This document shows, piece by piece, positions 1 to 13,053 of a DNA stretch of 64,000 nucleotides. The DNA is from Endomicrobiales bacterium (GTDB lineage: Bacteria > Elusimicrobiota > Endomicrobiia > Endomicrobiales > CAWCFT01): assembly GCA_963794945.1 (NCBI GenBank), contig CAWCFT010000009.1:32001-96000 (forward strand), given 5' to 3'. Made by a program: the position numbers and the translations under genes. A model generated the notes under the pieces. The model was not told the origin of the DNA, made no database searches, and was given only the letters and a program-made list of their open reading frames with translations. Position 1 is the stretch's first letter. Each line of letters opens with the position of its first letter.

Positions 1-1083
1 TAGAACTTGAAAATATATTCGATTCGATAAAAGAAAGTGATTTCATCCTGCACATGCCCTACGAATCGTTCCAGCTTACAGTAGACCTCATACAGCGGGC
101 GGCTGTCGACCGCGACGTGCTGGGCATAAAGATGACGCTTTACCGCACCAACGATGATTCAGCGATAATAGCGGCGCTCCTGGAAGCCGCCAAGAACAAG
201 AACCAGGTGACCGTGCTTGTGGAACTGAAAGCCCGTTTCGACGAAGAACGCAACATCGACTGGACCAAGGACCTTAAAGGCCGCGGGTTGCCACGTGATA
301 TACGGTGTCCCGGGCATGAAAACGCACTCGAAGATGCTGCTTATAGTCAGGAGAGAAGAGGACAGGATCCGCCGTTATGTGCACCTCTCGACCGGCAACT
401 ACAACGAGCGGACGTCAAAGATATACACGGATATCGGTTATTTTACGGCGAACGAAGACGTAGCTAAGGACATCTCTGATATTTTCAACGTTATTACCGG
501 CTATTCCATGCCGTCCCGCTGGAAACGCATCGTCACGGCGCCGCTAAGCCTGCGCAACCATTTTTTTGAGCTTGTGGACAAGGAGATCGAGTTCCACAAG
601 AAATACAAGAACGGTTCTATTTTCGCGAAGATGAACTCTCTTGAAGACACACAGATGATAGAAAAACTTTACCAGGCGTCGAAAGCCGGCGTGAAGATAC
701 AGCTTATAGTGCGCGGGATATGCAGCCTTATACCCGGGGTTGAAGGCATGAGCGAGAGCATTGAAGTGCGGAGCATCGTCGGCCGTTTTTTAGAGCACTC
801 GCGAGTTTTCCTGTTTAACAACAACTCCGATTACCGCGTTTTCCTTGCTTCTTCCGACTGGATGACCCGTAATTTCGACCGCAGGATAGAGATAGGGTTC
901 GAGATCAACAAGCAGGAGATCAAAGAACACCTGAAGTTCATACTTGAAGAATACTGGAAAGACACGGCAAAAACACGGATATTGACCGCTAACAAAACTT
1001 ATATCAGGCCCACCAATGACACAAAAATACATAACGCGCAGGAATTCCTGCTTTCGTACTACAGCTCTGAAAGCGGCCGCTGA
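1..1083 (+). CDS. ppk1: Polyphosphate kinase 1, 5'-truncated by window edge, frameshift near 275-295
   Basis: HMPYESF, IKMTLYRT, VLVELKARFDEERNI in ORF 54..467, continued by KTHSKMLL, HLSTGNYN, AKMNSLED, RSIVGRFLEHSR, SSDWMTRNFDRRIE in ORF 295..1083. Confidence 0.95.
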
Positions 1084-1958
1084 ACGCCGCTGCGTAGCGG
1101 ACGCCGCTGCCGGCTGCCTAAAATCTTTCTCCGATGAATACCCTGAAACTGTCCGGGGAGAGTCCCGAGAGGCCCTTCACCGGATGCGCGTCGCATCACG
1201 CCGGCTTCGAGTCGCACTTCATATGCTCTCTTACCTTGAGCCTGAACTATCTACAGATAAATACTACGACTATTTTCGCACTGTCGGGCATGCGCTGGGG
1301 GCAGTCCGCGAGCTGGATGTCCAGACAGCTTTCATCTCGGAGGCCAAGTATAAAATCGCTGGCTCAACATCGCGTAAGGGTATGGCTTTGATCGCTAATT
1401 CATTAAAAAAGAAACGCGCCAAAGCGTTACGTAACACCGTCAGTCTTCTCCGAAAGCAAAAACAGAGAAAGATTGTCCGCAAACTCGGTAAAATACTCGC
1501 TGCTCGCGCCGGCAGGACATGGACCGGAAGGCATTAACTACATCAGCGCTCTGCTCGCGACATATATCATAAACTTCTTATCCCGCGTTCCTAAACCAAT
1601 AGACCCTTCAGACTCCGACGGCCTCCACCGCATGCGGATAGCGTCAAAAAAACTTCGTTACGCGCTGGAGATCGCTGCGCCCTGTTTCGGTAAAGCTGTT
1701 GCGAGCGCAGCTTCTGAAGCGCAGTCTATTCAGGACCCGCTGGGCGATCTGCATGAAATGGACGTTTGGCATGCTTATCTAATGAAAAACCGTTTCAAAA
1801 GAAATAAAACTCTTTCGGCCGCCGCCGCGATAATTAACAAGCGGTGCGCGGTTAAACGCGAGCTTGCCTTTAGAACGTTCCTTGTTTCATGGCAGGCCCA
1901 AAAGAAAGGAAAACTATGGAAAAATCTGTTAACAAAAATCTCCGCGAATCCGCGCTGA
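1016..1958 (+). CDS. CHAD domain (polyphosphate-binding) protein, frameshift near 1520; exact start uncertain
   Basis: Two CHAD half-repeats: LHRMRVASRRLR...LGAVRELDV and LHRMRIASKKLRYALE...IQDPLGDLHEMDV; directly downstream of ppk1. Confidence 0.85.
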
Positions 1959-2516
1959 AGCTGATTCGCAGCCACAGAGGCGGCGATGAGAAACACGCTT
2001 TGCAAGTGGCAAAGTTGTCGGTGTCACTGTTTGACCAGTTAGCTTCCCTGCACAATCTTGACGCTTCGGACCGCGAGCTTTTGGAAGCCGCGGCTTTACT
2101 TCACGACATAGGCTGGCACAACGGCAGAAAGGAACACCACAAGACGTCGAGGAACATCATAATCCGGTCGCGGGCTCTCCCGATGAGCACCCGCCGCCGC
2201 GTAATGGCAGGCCTCATAGCGCGGTACCACCGCAAAAAGCTTCCCCAACCATCGCACAGATTCTTTTCTCTGCTCGACGAACGGTCAAAAGCAACGGTGA
2301 ACAAGCTCGCCGCGCTGCTCAGGTTCGCAGACGGACTTGACGCGGGCCATAATTCTTCGGTAAAAGACATTAAGGTGTTCGTATCACCGCTGCAGATCAC
2401 CGTGCCGGCTTTTGCCTTGCGGCAATAAAAACGATGATAATTCTACCGGGAAGAAGAAAGCAGATCTTTTAAAGAAAGTTTACGGCAAGAGGATCAGGAT
2501 AGAAGTTTGCAGGTAG
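1916..2516 (+). CDS. HD-domain protein resembling the Ppx/GppA C-terminal domain, frameshift near 2410
   Basis: HALQVAKLS..LFD, AALLHDIG, HHKTS, IARYHRK, LLRFADGLD; the shifted frame continues KKADLLKKVYG to TAG 2514-2516. Confidence 0.8.
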
Positions 2517-2522
2517 TTGCGT

Positions 2523-3485
2523 TTAACTTTTTTGCCTCGCCAGGGCGACACCGCCCAAAATAACAGCGTCATCAAGAAGATGTGAAGCGACGATCTCGCA
2601 GCTGCCCAGCCCGGAGCAGAGTTTATCGTTCCCGAACCTTTTTTTAATTATAGGGAACATGAAATCGCCGCAAGCCTCGATAACACCCCCTCCGAAAATT
2701 ATGACTTCAGGGTCGAATATGTGGCGCAGGGTCACGCATGCGTTGCCCAACGCGAGAGCGGCTTCTCCCATTATCATGGTAACGAGCGGGTCCTTCGCCT
2801 TGAGAGCCTTATGAAGTGTTTTGCTTTTTATGGCCGACAGGTCTCCGTCCAGTATCTTTGTTACTATTGTTTTTTTGCCTTTTGCCACTGCCTTTCTTAT
2901 ATCGCGCTCGATAGCCCACCTGCCGGCGAACGCTTCAAGACAGCCCTGATTACCGCATGTGCATTGAGGCCCGCTCTCGCTGACTATCATGTGGCCCAGC
3001 TCCGCCGCCGCCTCGTGGCTGCCTGTATACAGTTCGCCATTTATCAACAGCCCTCCGCCGACGCCTGTACCAACAAAAAGGCTAACGGCGTTCTTTGCTC
3101 CGCGCGCGGCTCCGCGCCACTGTTCCCCGAGGATCCCAAGGTTAACGTCGTTGCCAAGCGCTACGGGTACCGAGAAGTGATTACGTATCATTTTCTTGAG
3201 ATTGATGTTCGAAAGGTTCAGGTTGGGCGCCCTGACTACAAGGCCTTTGCTGTTATCGACAATACCCGGTATACCGATGCCGATGCCGGCAAGCGAGCTT
3301 ATATCGTACCCGCTTTCGCTGATAGTTTCTTTGAGCAACGCCTTGATGGATCTTACAAGCTTGCCCGCTGTAATAGCCTTGGGCGTTGGGTTCTTAGCTA
3401 TAGATATTATCCTGCCCGCACCGGTTACGAGCCCTGCGCGTATCTTTGTGCCGCCTACATCAATGCCAGCGTATAGTTTATTCAT
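2523..3485 (-). CDS. ROK family sugar kinase (glucokinase-like)
   Basis: GIDVGGTK, GNDVN, GTGVGGG, ELGH, CTCGNQGCLE motifs. Confidence 0.9.
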   Translation of the reverse strand: MNKLYAGIDVGGTKIRAGLVTGAGRIISIAKNPTPKAITAGKLVRSIKALLKETISESGYDISSLAGIGIGIPGIVDNSKGLVVRAPNLNLSNINLKKMIRNHFSVPVALGNDVNLGILGEQWRGAARGAKNAVSLFVGTGVGGGLLINGELYTGSHEAAAELGHMIVSESGPQCTCGNQGCLEAFAGRWAIERDIRKAVAKGKKTIVTKILDGDLSAIKSKTLHKALKAKDPLVTMIMGEAALALGNACVTLRHIFDPEVIIFGGGVIEACGDFMFPIIKKRFGNDKLCSGLGSCEIVASHLLDDAVILGGVALARQKS

Positions 3486-3626
3486 GTCTAGATTATAATA
3501 TTTTATTAATTACTCTTCAAGTTAATTTACACCTATCAAAGCTCCAGCATTCCAATACGTTTTAATACCTTCCACTATCTACACGATTCATCATGAATTA
3601 CTAAAAGTTTTGACGTTATTTATGGC

Positions 3627-5063
3627 TCATTTACTTTTCTTCTTTGCATAAGGCAGCATGGACACGTCCCAGCCGCCGCCAAGCGCTTTAATAAGAGACA
3701 CCGAGGCATTTAAGCGGTTATATAATATATTCACAGCAGTCTTTCTATTCGCGAGTTCTACGTTCTGTACAGTTATTACATCTAAAGCGCTTATGGTTCC
3801 CTGCTTGAACTGGTTTAAGCTCACTGTTAATGATTCATCTGCGGACTTAACGGCTTCATCCTGCGCGGCTGCTTCTTCTTCAAGTATGCGCAGAGCGGAC
3901 AGGTTATCTTCAACTTCCTGGAACCCGGTCAAAACGGCTTGTTTATAGTTCGCAACGCTTGCCCTGTAAACAGCCTTTGCCTGGGCAACCTGGGCTCTTT
4001 TTGCTCCACCGGCAAACAGGGTTTCCGCGAGAGAAGGCCCGTAAAACCACACCTGGTTAGGGATTGAAAGTAATGAAGCCCAATCCTGATTATTTGACTC
4101 TCTTGTCGCGGCTAGAGTAAGCGTAGGGAAATAAGCTGACTTCGCCACACCGATCTGTGCATTGGCAGCCTGTACACGCCGCTCTGCAGCCGCGATATCC
4201 GGCCGGCGTTCAAGAAGTTCTGAAGGCAACACAAGAGGCACATTGGGCAGGTTAATGGTTGCCGTGGAAACAGGCAGTGAAAACAGCGAAGGGAGTTTAC
4301 CCACAAGCAGCGCGATCGCGTGTTCAGTCTGGGCGCGCTGGATCTCTATATCAATTCCCTGAGCGATAGTAGTTTTATACTGGGTATCCGCCTGCAGGAC
4401 GTCCGCTTTTGACGCCACTCCGCTCGCGTAGCGGTTCTTGGTCATTTCAAGGAATCTCTTGTATCCGTCGATAGTATCAAAAAGGATCTGTTTCTGGACA
4501 TCCAGCGACCGTAAAAGGAAATAGTCCTGCGCGAGCGTGGCATGAACGCTCAAACGCAATGATTCAAGGTCCGCGGCGGTCGCCTGAACATTAGCCTTGT
4601 TCGACTCAACGTTCCTCCGCACTTTTCCCCACACGTCCAGTTCCCAGGATAAATTTACGCTAGCAGTGTTATTTGTAACAGTATTTTTAAACGTGGCTGT
4701 AGATGTGTTGAGAGTTTGAGCGCCGGCCGAAATTACCGGAAAATATTCTGCTTTTGCGCCGCGCAGCAATGCACGGGCTTCCTGGAACTGCTCTTGGGCC
4801 GCAACTATATTTTGGTTTGAAACATCAACCTGATCCTCAAGCTGATTTAGTCCTTCATCGTTATAAACTTTCCACCAGGCGCCGCGGGCAATATTCTCCT
4901 GCGGCTGAGCTTCCTTCCAATTTACCGCTTCCTTGTATGCAGGCGGAACTTGGGTGGTTGGTTTAACATATTTTGGCCCTGCCGAGCACCCGTAAATAAG
5001 CGTAAGCATTCCAAAAACTGCGAGCACTTTCTTTAATTGATAAGCTTTCTCAAAGCAAAACAT
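3627..5063 (-). CDS. RND efflux outer membrane lipoprotein (NodT/OprM family)
   Basis: Lipobox-like YGC, WELDVWG, PSELLERRPDIAAAE, LIKALGGGW. Confidence 0.92.
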   Translation of the reverse strand: MFCFEKAYQLKKVLAVFGMLTLIYGCSAGPKYVKPTTQVPPAYKEAVNWKEAQPQENIARGAWWKVYNDEGLNQLEDQVDVSNQNIVAAQEQFQEARALLRGAKAEYFPVISAGAQTLNTSTATFKNTVTNNTASVNLSWELDVWGKVRRNVESNKANVQATAADLESLRLSVHATLAQDYFLLRSLDVQKQILFDTIDGYKRFLEMTKNRYASGVASKADVLQADTQYKTTIAQGIDIEIQRAQTEHAIALLVGKLPSLFSLPVSTATINLPNVPLVLPSELLERRPDIAAAERRVQAANAQIGVAKSAYFPTLTLAATRESNNQDWASLLSIPNQVWFYGPSLAETLFAGGAKRAQVAQAKAVYRASVANYKQAVLTGFQEVEDNLSALRILEEEAAAQDEAVKSADESLTVSLNQFKQGTISALDVITVQNVELANRKTAVNILYNRLNASVSLIKALGGGWDVSMLPYAKKKSK

Positions 5064-5100
5064 TGTTTACCCTCTCTTTACTAAATCCGATCCAAATTAT

Positions 5101-8100
5101 CTAAACAATACGTGCCGGATATGCGAGAACTTCCCTTTCGGGTTTCCCTTTTCTCCGGGCAAGCCATATTCTGTAACGGTCCATCCACAAATATATTACG
5201 GGGGTAGTGAAAAGGGTGAGCATCTGACTGAGCATAAGGCCGCCTATTATCGTTATACCCAGCGGGCGCCGAAGCTCAGAACCCATACCCGAACCCAAAA
5301 CAAGCGGGAAAGCTCCGAACATTGCGGAAGCTGTCGTCATCATTATAGGCCGGAAACGCAGCAAGCTCGCCTGGTAGATAGCTTCAAGAGGGGTTTTCCC
5401 CTCGTTGCGTTCCGCGGCTATGGCAAAATCTATCATAATGATGCCGTTCTTCTTGACGATGCCTATGAGTAAAAGTATGCCTATCAGGGCTATGATACTG
5501 AGGTCTATCCTGAAGATCAAAAGCGCTAAAAGCGCTCCGACACCTGCTGACGGCAAAGTTGACAATATCGTGATCGGGTGTATATAGCTTTCGTACAAAA
5601 TCCCCAAAACAATATAAACCGCTATCAGCGCAGCAAGAATCAAATATGGCTCGCTCGCTATAGATGCCTGAAAGGCCTGCGCCGTTCCCTGGAAAGTCCC
5701 CCGTATAGTTGAAGGAAGCATCATTTTTTTTGTTGCCTCTCCTATCTCACTCACCGCGTCTCCGAGCGATGATCCAGGCGCGAGATTAAAGGATATTGTA
5801 ACAGCAGGGACCTCGCTTTGGTGGTTAACTGCCAGCGAGCTGTTTGTCAGTTTAAATGAAGCTATAGCGCTTAAAGGCACCTTGGCGTTCTTTGCCGACA
5901 TCACGTAAAAATTGTTCAGTATATCCGGCCTCTGCCAGTATTGAGGCTCAACCTCCATAACCACATGGTATTGGTTGAGAGGAGTGTACATTATTGAAAC
6001 CTGCCTCTGGCCGAATGCGCTGTACAAAGATGAATCAATCATGGCCGAAGTTATCCCAAGGCTCGAAGCCCGGTCGTGGTCTATGTCAAGAGATGTTTGC
6101 AGGCCTTTGTTCTGCTGATCGCTGCTTATATCAACCAGCCCCGGCACTTTGTGCAATCGGGCTTCCACGCGCGGGGCCCAAGCCATCAGCTCGTCAAGGT
6201 TATCATCCCTTAGCGTGAATTGGTACATGGCGTTGCTCATCCTGCCTCCAACGCGCACATCCTGAACGGACTGAAAGAACGTTGGCGTGGCCGGCAAAAC
6301 GCTGAGGCTTTTCCTCAGCCTCGCTATAATCTGGTCGGCGTTCTTTATTCTGATCGACTTCAGAGCAACGAACATTCTCGCGGTGTTGCGCGTTGAACTG
6401 CCTCCTGAAAAGGCGATGACGTTCTCGACAGCAGGGTCTTTCTTTATAATTCCGACGACTGTTTGCAGCTTTTGTTTCATCAATTGGAAAGATATGTCCT
6501 GAGAAGCCTGGATCGTACCGGTAAGCCTGCCTGTGTCCTGCGATGGAAAAAAGCCTTTAGGAACTAATATGAACAAAACAATATTCACCAAAACTATAGC
6601 TACCGTTGCAAAAAGCACGAATTTGGGATGCTTAAGCGACCACGATAATCCCTTTTCATAGGTATTGTACATGCTGTCAAACATACCCTGGCTCGCTTTG
6701 AACAGCCGCCCTTGGGAAGGCTGTTCGCCTTTCTTTTGCTGTTTTAAGAGTATCGCGCAGAGCATTGGCGTGGTAGTAAGCGATACCAACAGCGAGATGA
6801 TTATAGCCACGGAAAGCGTTACAGCGAACTCCCTGAAAAGCCGGCCCAGAATGCCCGCCATGAGCAATATCGGCGTAAATACAGCTATGAGAGAAATACT
6901 TATAGATGTTATCGTGAAAGCGATCTCGCCAACACCTGTCATTGCCGCTTTAAGCGGAGTTTCACCTTTTTCCAGATGGCGCGTAATATTCTCAACGACC
7001 ACTATTGAATCGTCCACTACGAACCCCGTAGCTATGGTCAGCGCCATCAGCGAAATATTATTCAGACTGAAATGCAATAGATACATGACCCCGAACGTGC
7101 TTACAAGCGATATAGGCACCACAACGCTCGGTATAAAAGTTGTTCTTATATTCCTCAGGAAAAAAAATACTACTCCTATGACAAGCAGCACAGAAAAAAT
7201 AATAGTTTTCTTAGATTCCTTTAAAGAAGCGCGAATAGTGGGGGTCCTGTCCATCACAACTGTCAGATCTGCGCCCGCCGGGATCAATGCCTTAAAAGCC
7301 GGAAGCAGGGCAAGTACGTTGTCAACGGTAGATATGATGTTGGCCCCCGGCTGGCGAAATACTATTAGGGAAACAGCCGGGTGGCCGTTCACAAAACCGG
7401 CGTTCCTTACGTCTTCAACGGAATCCTGGACGTCAGCGATATCGGAAAGCCTTACCGGCCGGCCGGCCCTGTAAGCGACAATAAGTGACTTATACTGATC
7501 CGCCCTGTACATCTGGTCGTTGGTTTGTATTTCCCATGACATCAGCCCGTTACCCAGCCTACCTTTTGGAGTGTTAGCATTGCTGCTGCCTATGGCGCTG
7601 GCAACCGTATTTAAACTGATGCCGTATTGGCTTAATGCGTTAGGGTTCAGCTCGGCGCGCACCGCCGGCAGGGAACTGCCGCCCACTATAACCTGGCCCA
7701 CGCCGGCAACTTGCGACAATTCCTGCTGCAGGACTGACGAAGCCACATCGTACAGCTTTGCCATAGTATATCTGTCCGAACTAAGCGCCAAAATAAGGAT
7801 CGGCGCTTCGGACGGATTGACTTTTCTGTAGGTAGGATTGCTTGGCAGCGCCGCTGGCAAATAAGAGCGGGCCGCGTTTATTGCAGCCTGAACATCGCGC
7901 GCAGCCCCGTCAATGTCGCGGTTTAGGTCGAACTGAAGCGTCACGGACGTAGTACCGAGATTGCTGGTTGACGTCATTTCAGTGACGCCGGATATGTGCG
8001 AGAATTGGCGTTCAAGCGGTGTCGCCACCGAAGTTGCCATGTTCTCGGGGCTTGCCCCGGGAAGCGAGGCATTGACGCTTATTGTAGGATAATCAACCTG

Positions 8101-8214
8101 CGGCAGGGGTGAAGTAGGCAGTAAATTTACAGCTAAAGCCCCCGCTGTAACCATTCCTATGGTTAAAAGAGTTGTAGCCACCGGCCGGTTGATAAATGTA
8201 GCCGATATGCTCAT
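5101..8214 (-). CDS. mdtC: RND permease, MdtC-like
   Basis: [53 protein letters not shown]; 1037 aa; follows an MdtB-like gene. Confidence 0.85.
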   Translation of the reverse strand: MSISATFINRPVATTLLTIGMVTAGALAVNLLPTSPLPQVDYPTISVNASLPGASPENMATSVATPLERQFSHISGVTEMTSTSNLGTTSVTLQFDLNRDIDGAARDVQAAINAARSYLPAALPSNPTYRKVNPSEAPILILALSSDRYTMAKLYDVASSVLQQELSQVAGVGQVIVGGSSLPAVRAELNPNALSQYGISLNTVASAIGSSNANTPKGRLGNGLMSWEIQTNDQMYRADQYKSLIVAYRAGRPVRLSDIADVQDSVEDVRNAGFVNGHPAVSLIVFRQPGANIISTVDNVLALLPAFKALIPAGADLTVVMDRTPTIRASLKESKKTIIFSVLLVIGVVFFFLRNIRTTFIPSVVVPISLVSTFGVMYLLHFSLNNISLMALTIATGFVVDDSIVVVENITRHLEKGETPLKAAMTGVGEIAFTITSISISLIAVFTPILLMAGILGRLFREFAVTLSVAIIISLLVSLTTTPMLCAILLKQQKKGEQPSQGRLFKASQGMFDSMYNTYEKGLSWSLKHPKFVLFATVAIVLVNIVLFILVPKGFFPSQDTGRLTGTIQASQDISFQLMKQKLQTVVGIIKKDPAVENVIAFSGGSSTRNTARMFVALKSIRIKNADQIIARLRKSLSVLPATPTFFQSVQDVRVGGRMSNAMYQFTLRDDNLDELMAWAPRVEARLHKVPGLVDISSDQQNKGLQTSLDIDHDRASSLGITSAMIDSSLYSAFGQRQVSIMYTPLNQYHVVMEVEPQYWQRPDILNNFYVMSAKNAKVPLSAIASFKLTNSSLAVNHQSEVPAVTISFNLAPGSSLGDAVSEIGEATKKMMLPSTIRGTFQGTAQAFQASIASEPYLILAALIAVYIVLGILYESYIHPITILSTLPSAGVGALLALLIFRIDLSIIALIGILLLIGIVKKNGIIMIDFAIAAERNEGKTPLEAIYQASLLRFRPIMMTTASAMFGAFPLVLGSGMGSELRRPLGITIIGGLMLSQMLTLFTTPVIYLWMDRYRIWLARRKGKPEREVLAYPARIV

Positions 8215-11200
8215 TCATTGCCCCCGGCAACCGGCACTTTGCGCAATTTTTTTGATATGCGGTCAAACCATAAATAGATAACGGGGGTTGTAAAAAGAGT
8301 TAGCGCCTGGCTTAAGATCAGCCCGCCGATTATTGAAATTCCCAAAGGGGTGCGAAGCTCGGAACCCATTCCCGTGCCCAGGGCTAACGGCAAAGCTCCG
8401 AACAGGGCTGCCATTGTCGTCATCATTATCGGCCTGAAACGCAAGAGGCTGGCCTGATATATAGCCTCTTCCGGTGTTTTCCCTTCCGTTCTCTCGGCAT
8501 CTATAGCAAAATCCACCATTATAATTCCGTTCTTTTTTACAATGCCTATAAGCAGAATTATGCCTATTAGTGCAATGACGCTCAGGTCCATTTTGAAAAG
8601 CATCAGCGATAATAGCGCTCCGACACCTGCTGAAGGTAAAGTTGACAAAATCGTTAACGGGTGGATATAACTTTCGTATAACACACCCAGAACGATGTAA
8701 ACAACAACCAGGCCGCGAGTATCAAGATCGGTTCATTGGTAAGCGAAGACTGGAATGCCTGCGCCGTGCCCTGGAATGAGCCTATAACGCTGGCGGGAAG
8801 CTTCATTTTTCGTGTTACTGAGTTCATTATGTCAACGGCCTTGCCAAGCGATACTCCTCTCGCGATGTTAAACGACAATGATATAGCAGGGAACTGTCCT
8901 ATATGGCTTATGACCAGCGGCCCGCTTGTCTGCGCAGTTTGAACTATAACGTCAAGCGGCACTTTTCCGGCACTTCCAGTTCCTGTTCAAATAAATGTCA
9001 TGAAGGTTTGCCGGAGACTGTTTGTATTCCGGTTTTACTTCGAGAATAACGCGGTACTGGTTGGCCTGAGTAAATATGGTGGATACCTGCCGCTGGCCGA
9101 AAGCGCTGTAGAGCACGTTATCTATCATTTGTGTGGTTATGCCGAGCCTTGAGGCTTTATCGCGGTCGATATTCAAAGTTATCTGCATGCCTTTATCCTG
9201 CTGGTCGCTTGAGACATCGCGTAGTTTCGGTTGAGCTCGCAGAGCGTCAACAAGTTTCGGGGCCAGGACGTTCAGTTCTTCGTAGTTCGGGTCTTCAAGG
9301 CTGTACTGGTACTGGGCGCGAGTAACCGCTGTTTCAACTGTAAGGTCCTGCACAGCCTGCATATATAGGGTTATACCGGTTACTTTCGTTATACTATCCC
9401 TCAAACGGCGTATAACATCGCTTGCCGAAAGTTTCCGTTTTTCAAGAGGTTTAAGGTTTATAAGCATTCTGCCGCTGTTAAGCGTTGTATTTGTTCCGTC
9501 AACACCGATAAAAGAGGATAGGCTTTCAACTGCGGGGTCTTTGAGTATTTCTTTGGCAAGGGCCTGCTGGCGTTCAGCCATGGCGGTAAATGAGACCCAT
9601 TGCGGCGCTTCGGAAACACCGAGTATGGCTCCGGTATCCTGTACCGGAAAAAATCCTTTGGGCATAAGCATGAATAATATTACCGTAAGGACAAGTGTGC
9701 CGACAAAAACCCTCAACATCATCTGCTGGTGATCAAGAACCCATTTTAAGCCGTTACCGTAAAGACTAATTATATCGTCAAACATTTTCTGGGACGTCTT
9801 ATAAAACTTCCCCTGGTCTTTTTCCGGGGTGTGTTTCAAAAATCTCGCGCACATCATAGGGGTCAGGGTAAGCGAAACTATCGCTGAAAATATTATAGTT
9901 ACCGAAAGCGTGATCGCGAATTCGCGGAACAGCCTGCCGACAACGTCGCTCATGAACAGCAAAGGAATAAGCACCGCGATAAGCGAAATGCTTAAAGAAA
10001 CTATGGTAAACGCGACTTCCCCAGATCCCTGAAGCGCGGCCTTCAAGAGGAGTATCCCCCCGTTCAATATAACGCGAAATATTTTCTATCATAACGATAG
10101 CGTCATCAACTACAAAACCGGTAGCAATGGTAAGCGCCATAAGTGAAAGGTTGTTTAAACTAAAATCCAGAACATACATAATACCGAAAGTCCCTATTAA
10201 AGACACCGGCACGGCGACCGCCGGGATAATGGTACCCGATGCAGTTCTTAAGAACAAAAATATAACCAGAACAACGAGTAATATAGAAAGCATGAGCTCG
10301 AATTGAATATCCTTGACCGAATCGCGAATAGTTGTGGTCCTGTCAGTCAATATCGAAATATGTATGGCTGACGGCAGGGATTTCGAAAGCGAAGGAAGCA
10401 TTTTTTTTATGCGGTCAACTACGGCGATGACGTTCGTATTGGGCTGGCGTTGGATATTAATAATTACCGCAGGTTTATCGTTCATCCAGGCCGCCTGGTC
10501 CACGTTCTCGGCCCCGCTAACAGCAGTTGCGACATCGGACAACCGTATAGGAAGGCCGTTGCGGTAAGCGACGATTATAGGCATATAATCTTTGTTTGAA
10601 ACAAGCTGGTCGTTGGCTCCAATAACGGAAGACTGCCTCGGGCCGTCAAACCCGCCTTTGGCTAGGTTCACGTTCGCGCTCGCAAGGGCTGTCCTGAGGT
10701 CTTCAAGCGTCAATCCGTAGGCCGCGAGGGCTGTCGGGTTGGCCTGTATCCTTATAGCGGGGCGCTGTCCCCCGCTTATGGTCACAAGGCCTACACCGGA
10801 CACCTGTGAAAGTTTTTGGGCCAGTTTGGTGTTTGCAAGGTCTTCGACATTCAGGAGCGGCAGTGTTTCGGATGTGAGAGCCAGAGTGATAACCGGAGCA
10901 TCTGCCGGGTTAACCTTATTATAAACCGGCGGATTTGGAAGGTCGGTAGGAAGAAATGTTGTCGCAGCGTTTATCGCAGCCTGTACTTCCTGCTCGGCAA
11001 CATCAAGGCTTAAATTCAGATCGAACTGAAGAGTTATCACTGAACTTCCGCCGGAACTTGTAGAGCGCATCTGTTTGAGGCCAGGCATCTGGCCGAACTG
11101 GCGCTCAAGAGGAGACGTAATAGAAGACGCAATTACTTCGGGGCTCGCGCCGGGGTAAAATGTCATTATCTGTATTATGGGATAGTCCACCTGAGGCAGG

Positions 11201-11307
11201 GCGGAAACCGAAAGCTGGGTGTAAGCTACCGCGCCGGCTAAAATGATCGCAGCCATAAGCAGAGTGGTCGCTACAGGCCTGAGGATAAATATGCGTGATG
11301 GGTTCAT
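8211..11307 (-). CDS. mdtB: RND permease, MdtB-like, split into four ORFs by three frameshifts (~10050, ~8960-8990, ~8710)
   Basis: [19 protein letters not shown]-terminus; ORFs 9799..11307, 8952..10067, 8654..8962 and 8211..8684 are collinear parts of one RND protein. Confidence 0.85.
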
Positions 11308-12652
11308 TATTTGGCTCTGGGTGGTTTTGAATTCCCTGAATGAGTTTTAGCGTTGCCGGCAGATGAGTCGGTTGCGCCACCGGCAGGCGCGCCTTGCATC
11401 TGTAGATCAACCTTACTGCCCTCTTTGAGTTTATCGGCCCCTTCAATAACTACGATATCCCCCGGAGACACACCTTTGTCTATGGAGACGTTATCACCTT
11501 CGCTCGGGCCTGTTGCCACTGTTTGCACTGTCACGGTGTGGTCAGGTTTTACAACATAAACATAATTGTCCTGCGGTCCCTGCTGTATTGCCGCTGCAGG
11601 GACTATTGTCGCGTTCCTTTTTGTATCTACAAGAAGCCTTATATTAACAAACTGGTTCGGGAACAACTCGTTCGCTTTATTGCTGAAAAGAGCTTTAAGT
11701 TTTACCGTGCCTGTATTAGGATCAACCTGGTTATCGATAGCGAGCAAAGATCCTGTGGCAAGCACCGTTTCATCACTCCTGTTATAAGCTAAAGCTGTTA
11801 TACTTATGCCTGAATTGAACCGGTTAAGCACCTTGGGGATATTATCTTCAGGAATAGAAAAGACAACTGTCATCGGCTGCATCTGAGTTATAACAGCAAG
11901 CCCGTTGGCATCCGACGCGTGAACGATATTCCCCTGGTCAACGGCCCTTAGCCCTATCAGCCCGCCAACCGGAGCCGTAATCGTGCAGTATTCCAACTGA
12001 AGCTTTGCGTTGTCTACCTGGCCCTGATCCAATTTTACCTGGCCGTCGTATTGTTCAACTAGTGCTTTTTGCGTGTCAACCTGCTGTTTCTGAATAGAGT
12101 CCTGTTCCAGCAGTTTCTTGTACCTTTCATAATCCAGCTTGGCGTTGTTTAATAAAGCCTCGTCTTTTTCAAATTGCCCTTGCGTTTCGTTCAACTGCGC
12201 CTGAAACGGTCTGGGGTCTATCTGTGCCAGAACATCTCCATTTTTGACTATCTGCCCTTCCTTGAACTGTACCTTGACCAATTGTCCGTCAACTCGCGTA
12301 TGCAACGTTATAGTGTTTAGCGGAGTAACCGAACCCAGGCCGGTAAGAAAAATATTTATATCTTTGGCCTTCGCCTGCGCGCCCACTACCGGTACGGCCA
12401 TTGATAAACCCTTTTTTGCGTTCGCGGCGTCTTTGCCGGAAAATATTTTAAACGCGCAAAAAATAACAAGAAAGAATAAAACAGCTGAGCTGCGAACCCG
12501 GTCCATCGGTTCCTGAATTTCGGCGGAACATATAATAACAATTTACTTATCGTTGGTTGGCAGGCCAGCCAGTAATGATCTAACTTGGCCAGCAGTTGCT
12601 GTTTGAGCGGTTTCTCAGTATTGATCTTCTCATCTTTTGGACCCGGCTGCAT
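11307..12652 (-). CDS. mdtA: RND membrane fusion protein, MdtA-like, frameshift near 12510
   Basis: [44 protein letters not shown]; probable N-terminus in ORF 12386..12652 with an upstream GGAGG. Confidence 0.85.
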
Positions 12653-13053
12653 AAAGTTTTACCTCCAAATTGACAAAGCCCTAATATCTACTAAGTATAC
12701 TAATTTTGACCATATTAAAACCCAAAAAGTTCCATATTTATGAAAATATTTTACGCTTTAATATTTTCCTGTAATCTAAGCAAAAAAAGCAACAGTTCTA
12801 TGCCCTGTCGCTTGTTAAATTATAACATAAATACTGCTAACATCACAATCAGTAGTTTACCTCCTGCTTCACTGTAAGCTTAAACTAGTACTAATAAATC
12901 AGTTTTTCGATAACTGAAGTCATTTCTTATAGAGAAACACTATGGTAAACTAATTCTAAAACTAGAATACAGAAGATTTCAATAAGTTCATCACCTAGCT
13001 AGAATAATGAATAGTGAAACGAAAGCGAAACATGGGTATCCGCCGATCCAATT

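Noticed and set aside
2523..3485. Polyphosphate glucokinase belonging to the ppk1 module
   Set aside because: Convergent orientation, and the Cys-rich zinc motif is typical of ordinary ATP-dependent ROK kinases.
2721..7831. Long antisense ORFs such as 2721..3476(+) and 6665..7474(+)
   Set aside because: They lie fully opposite well-supported genes and have no recognisable motifs.
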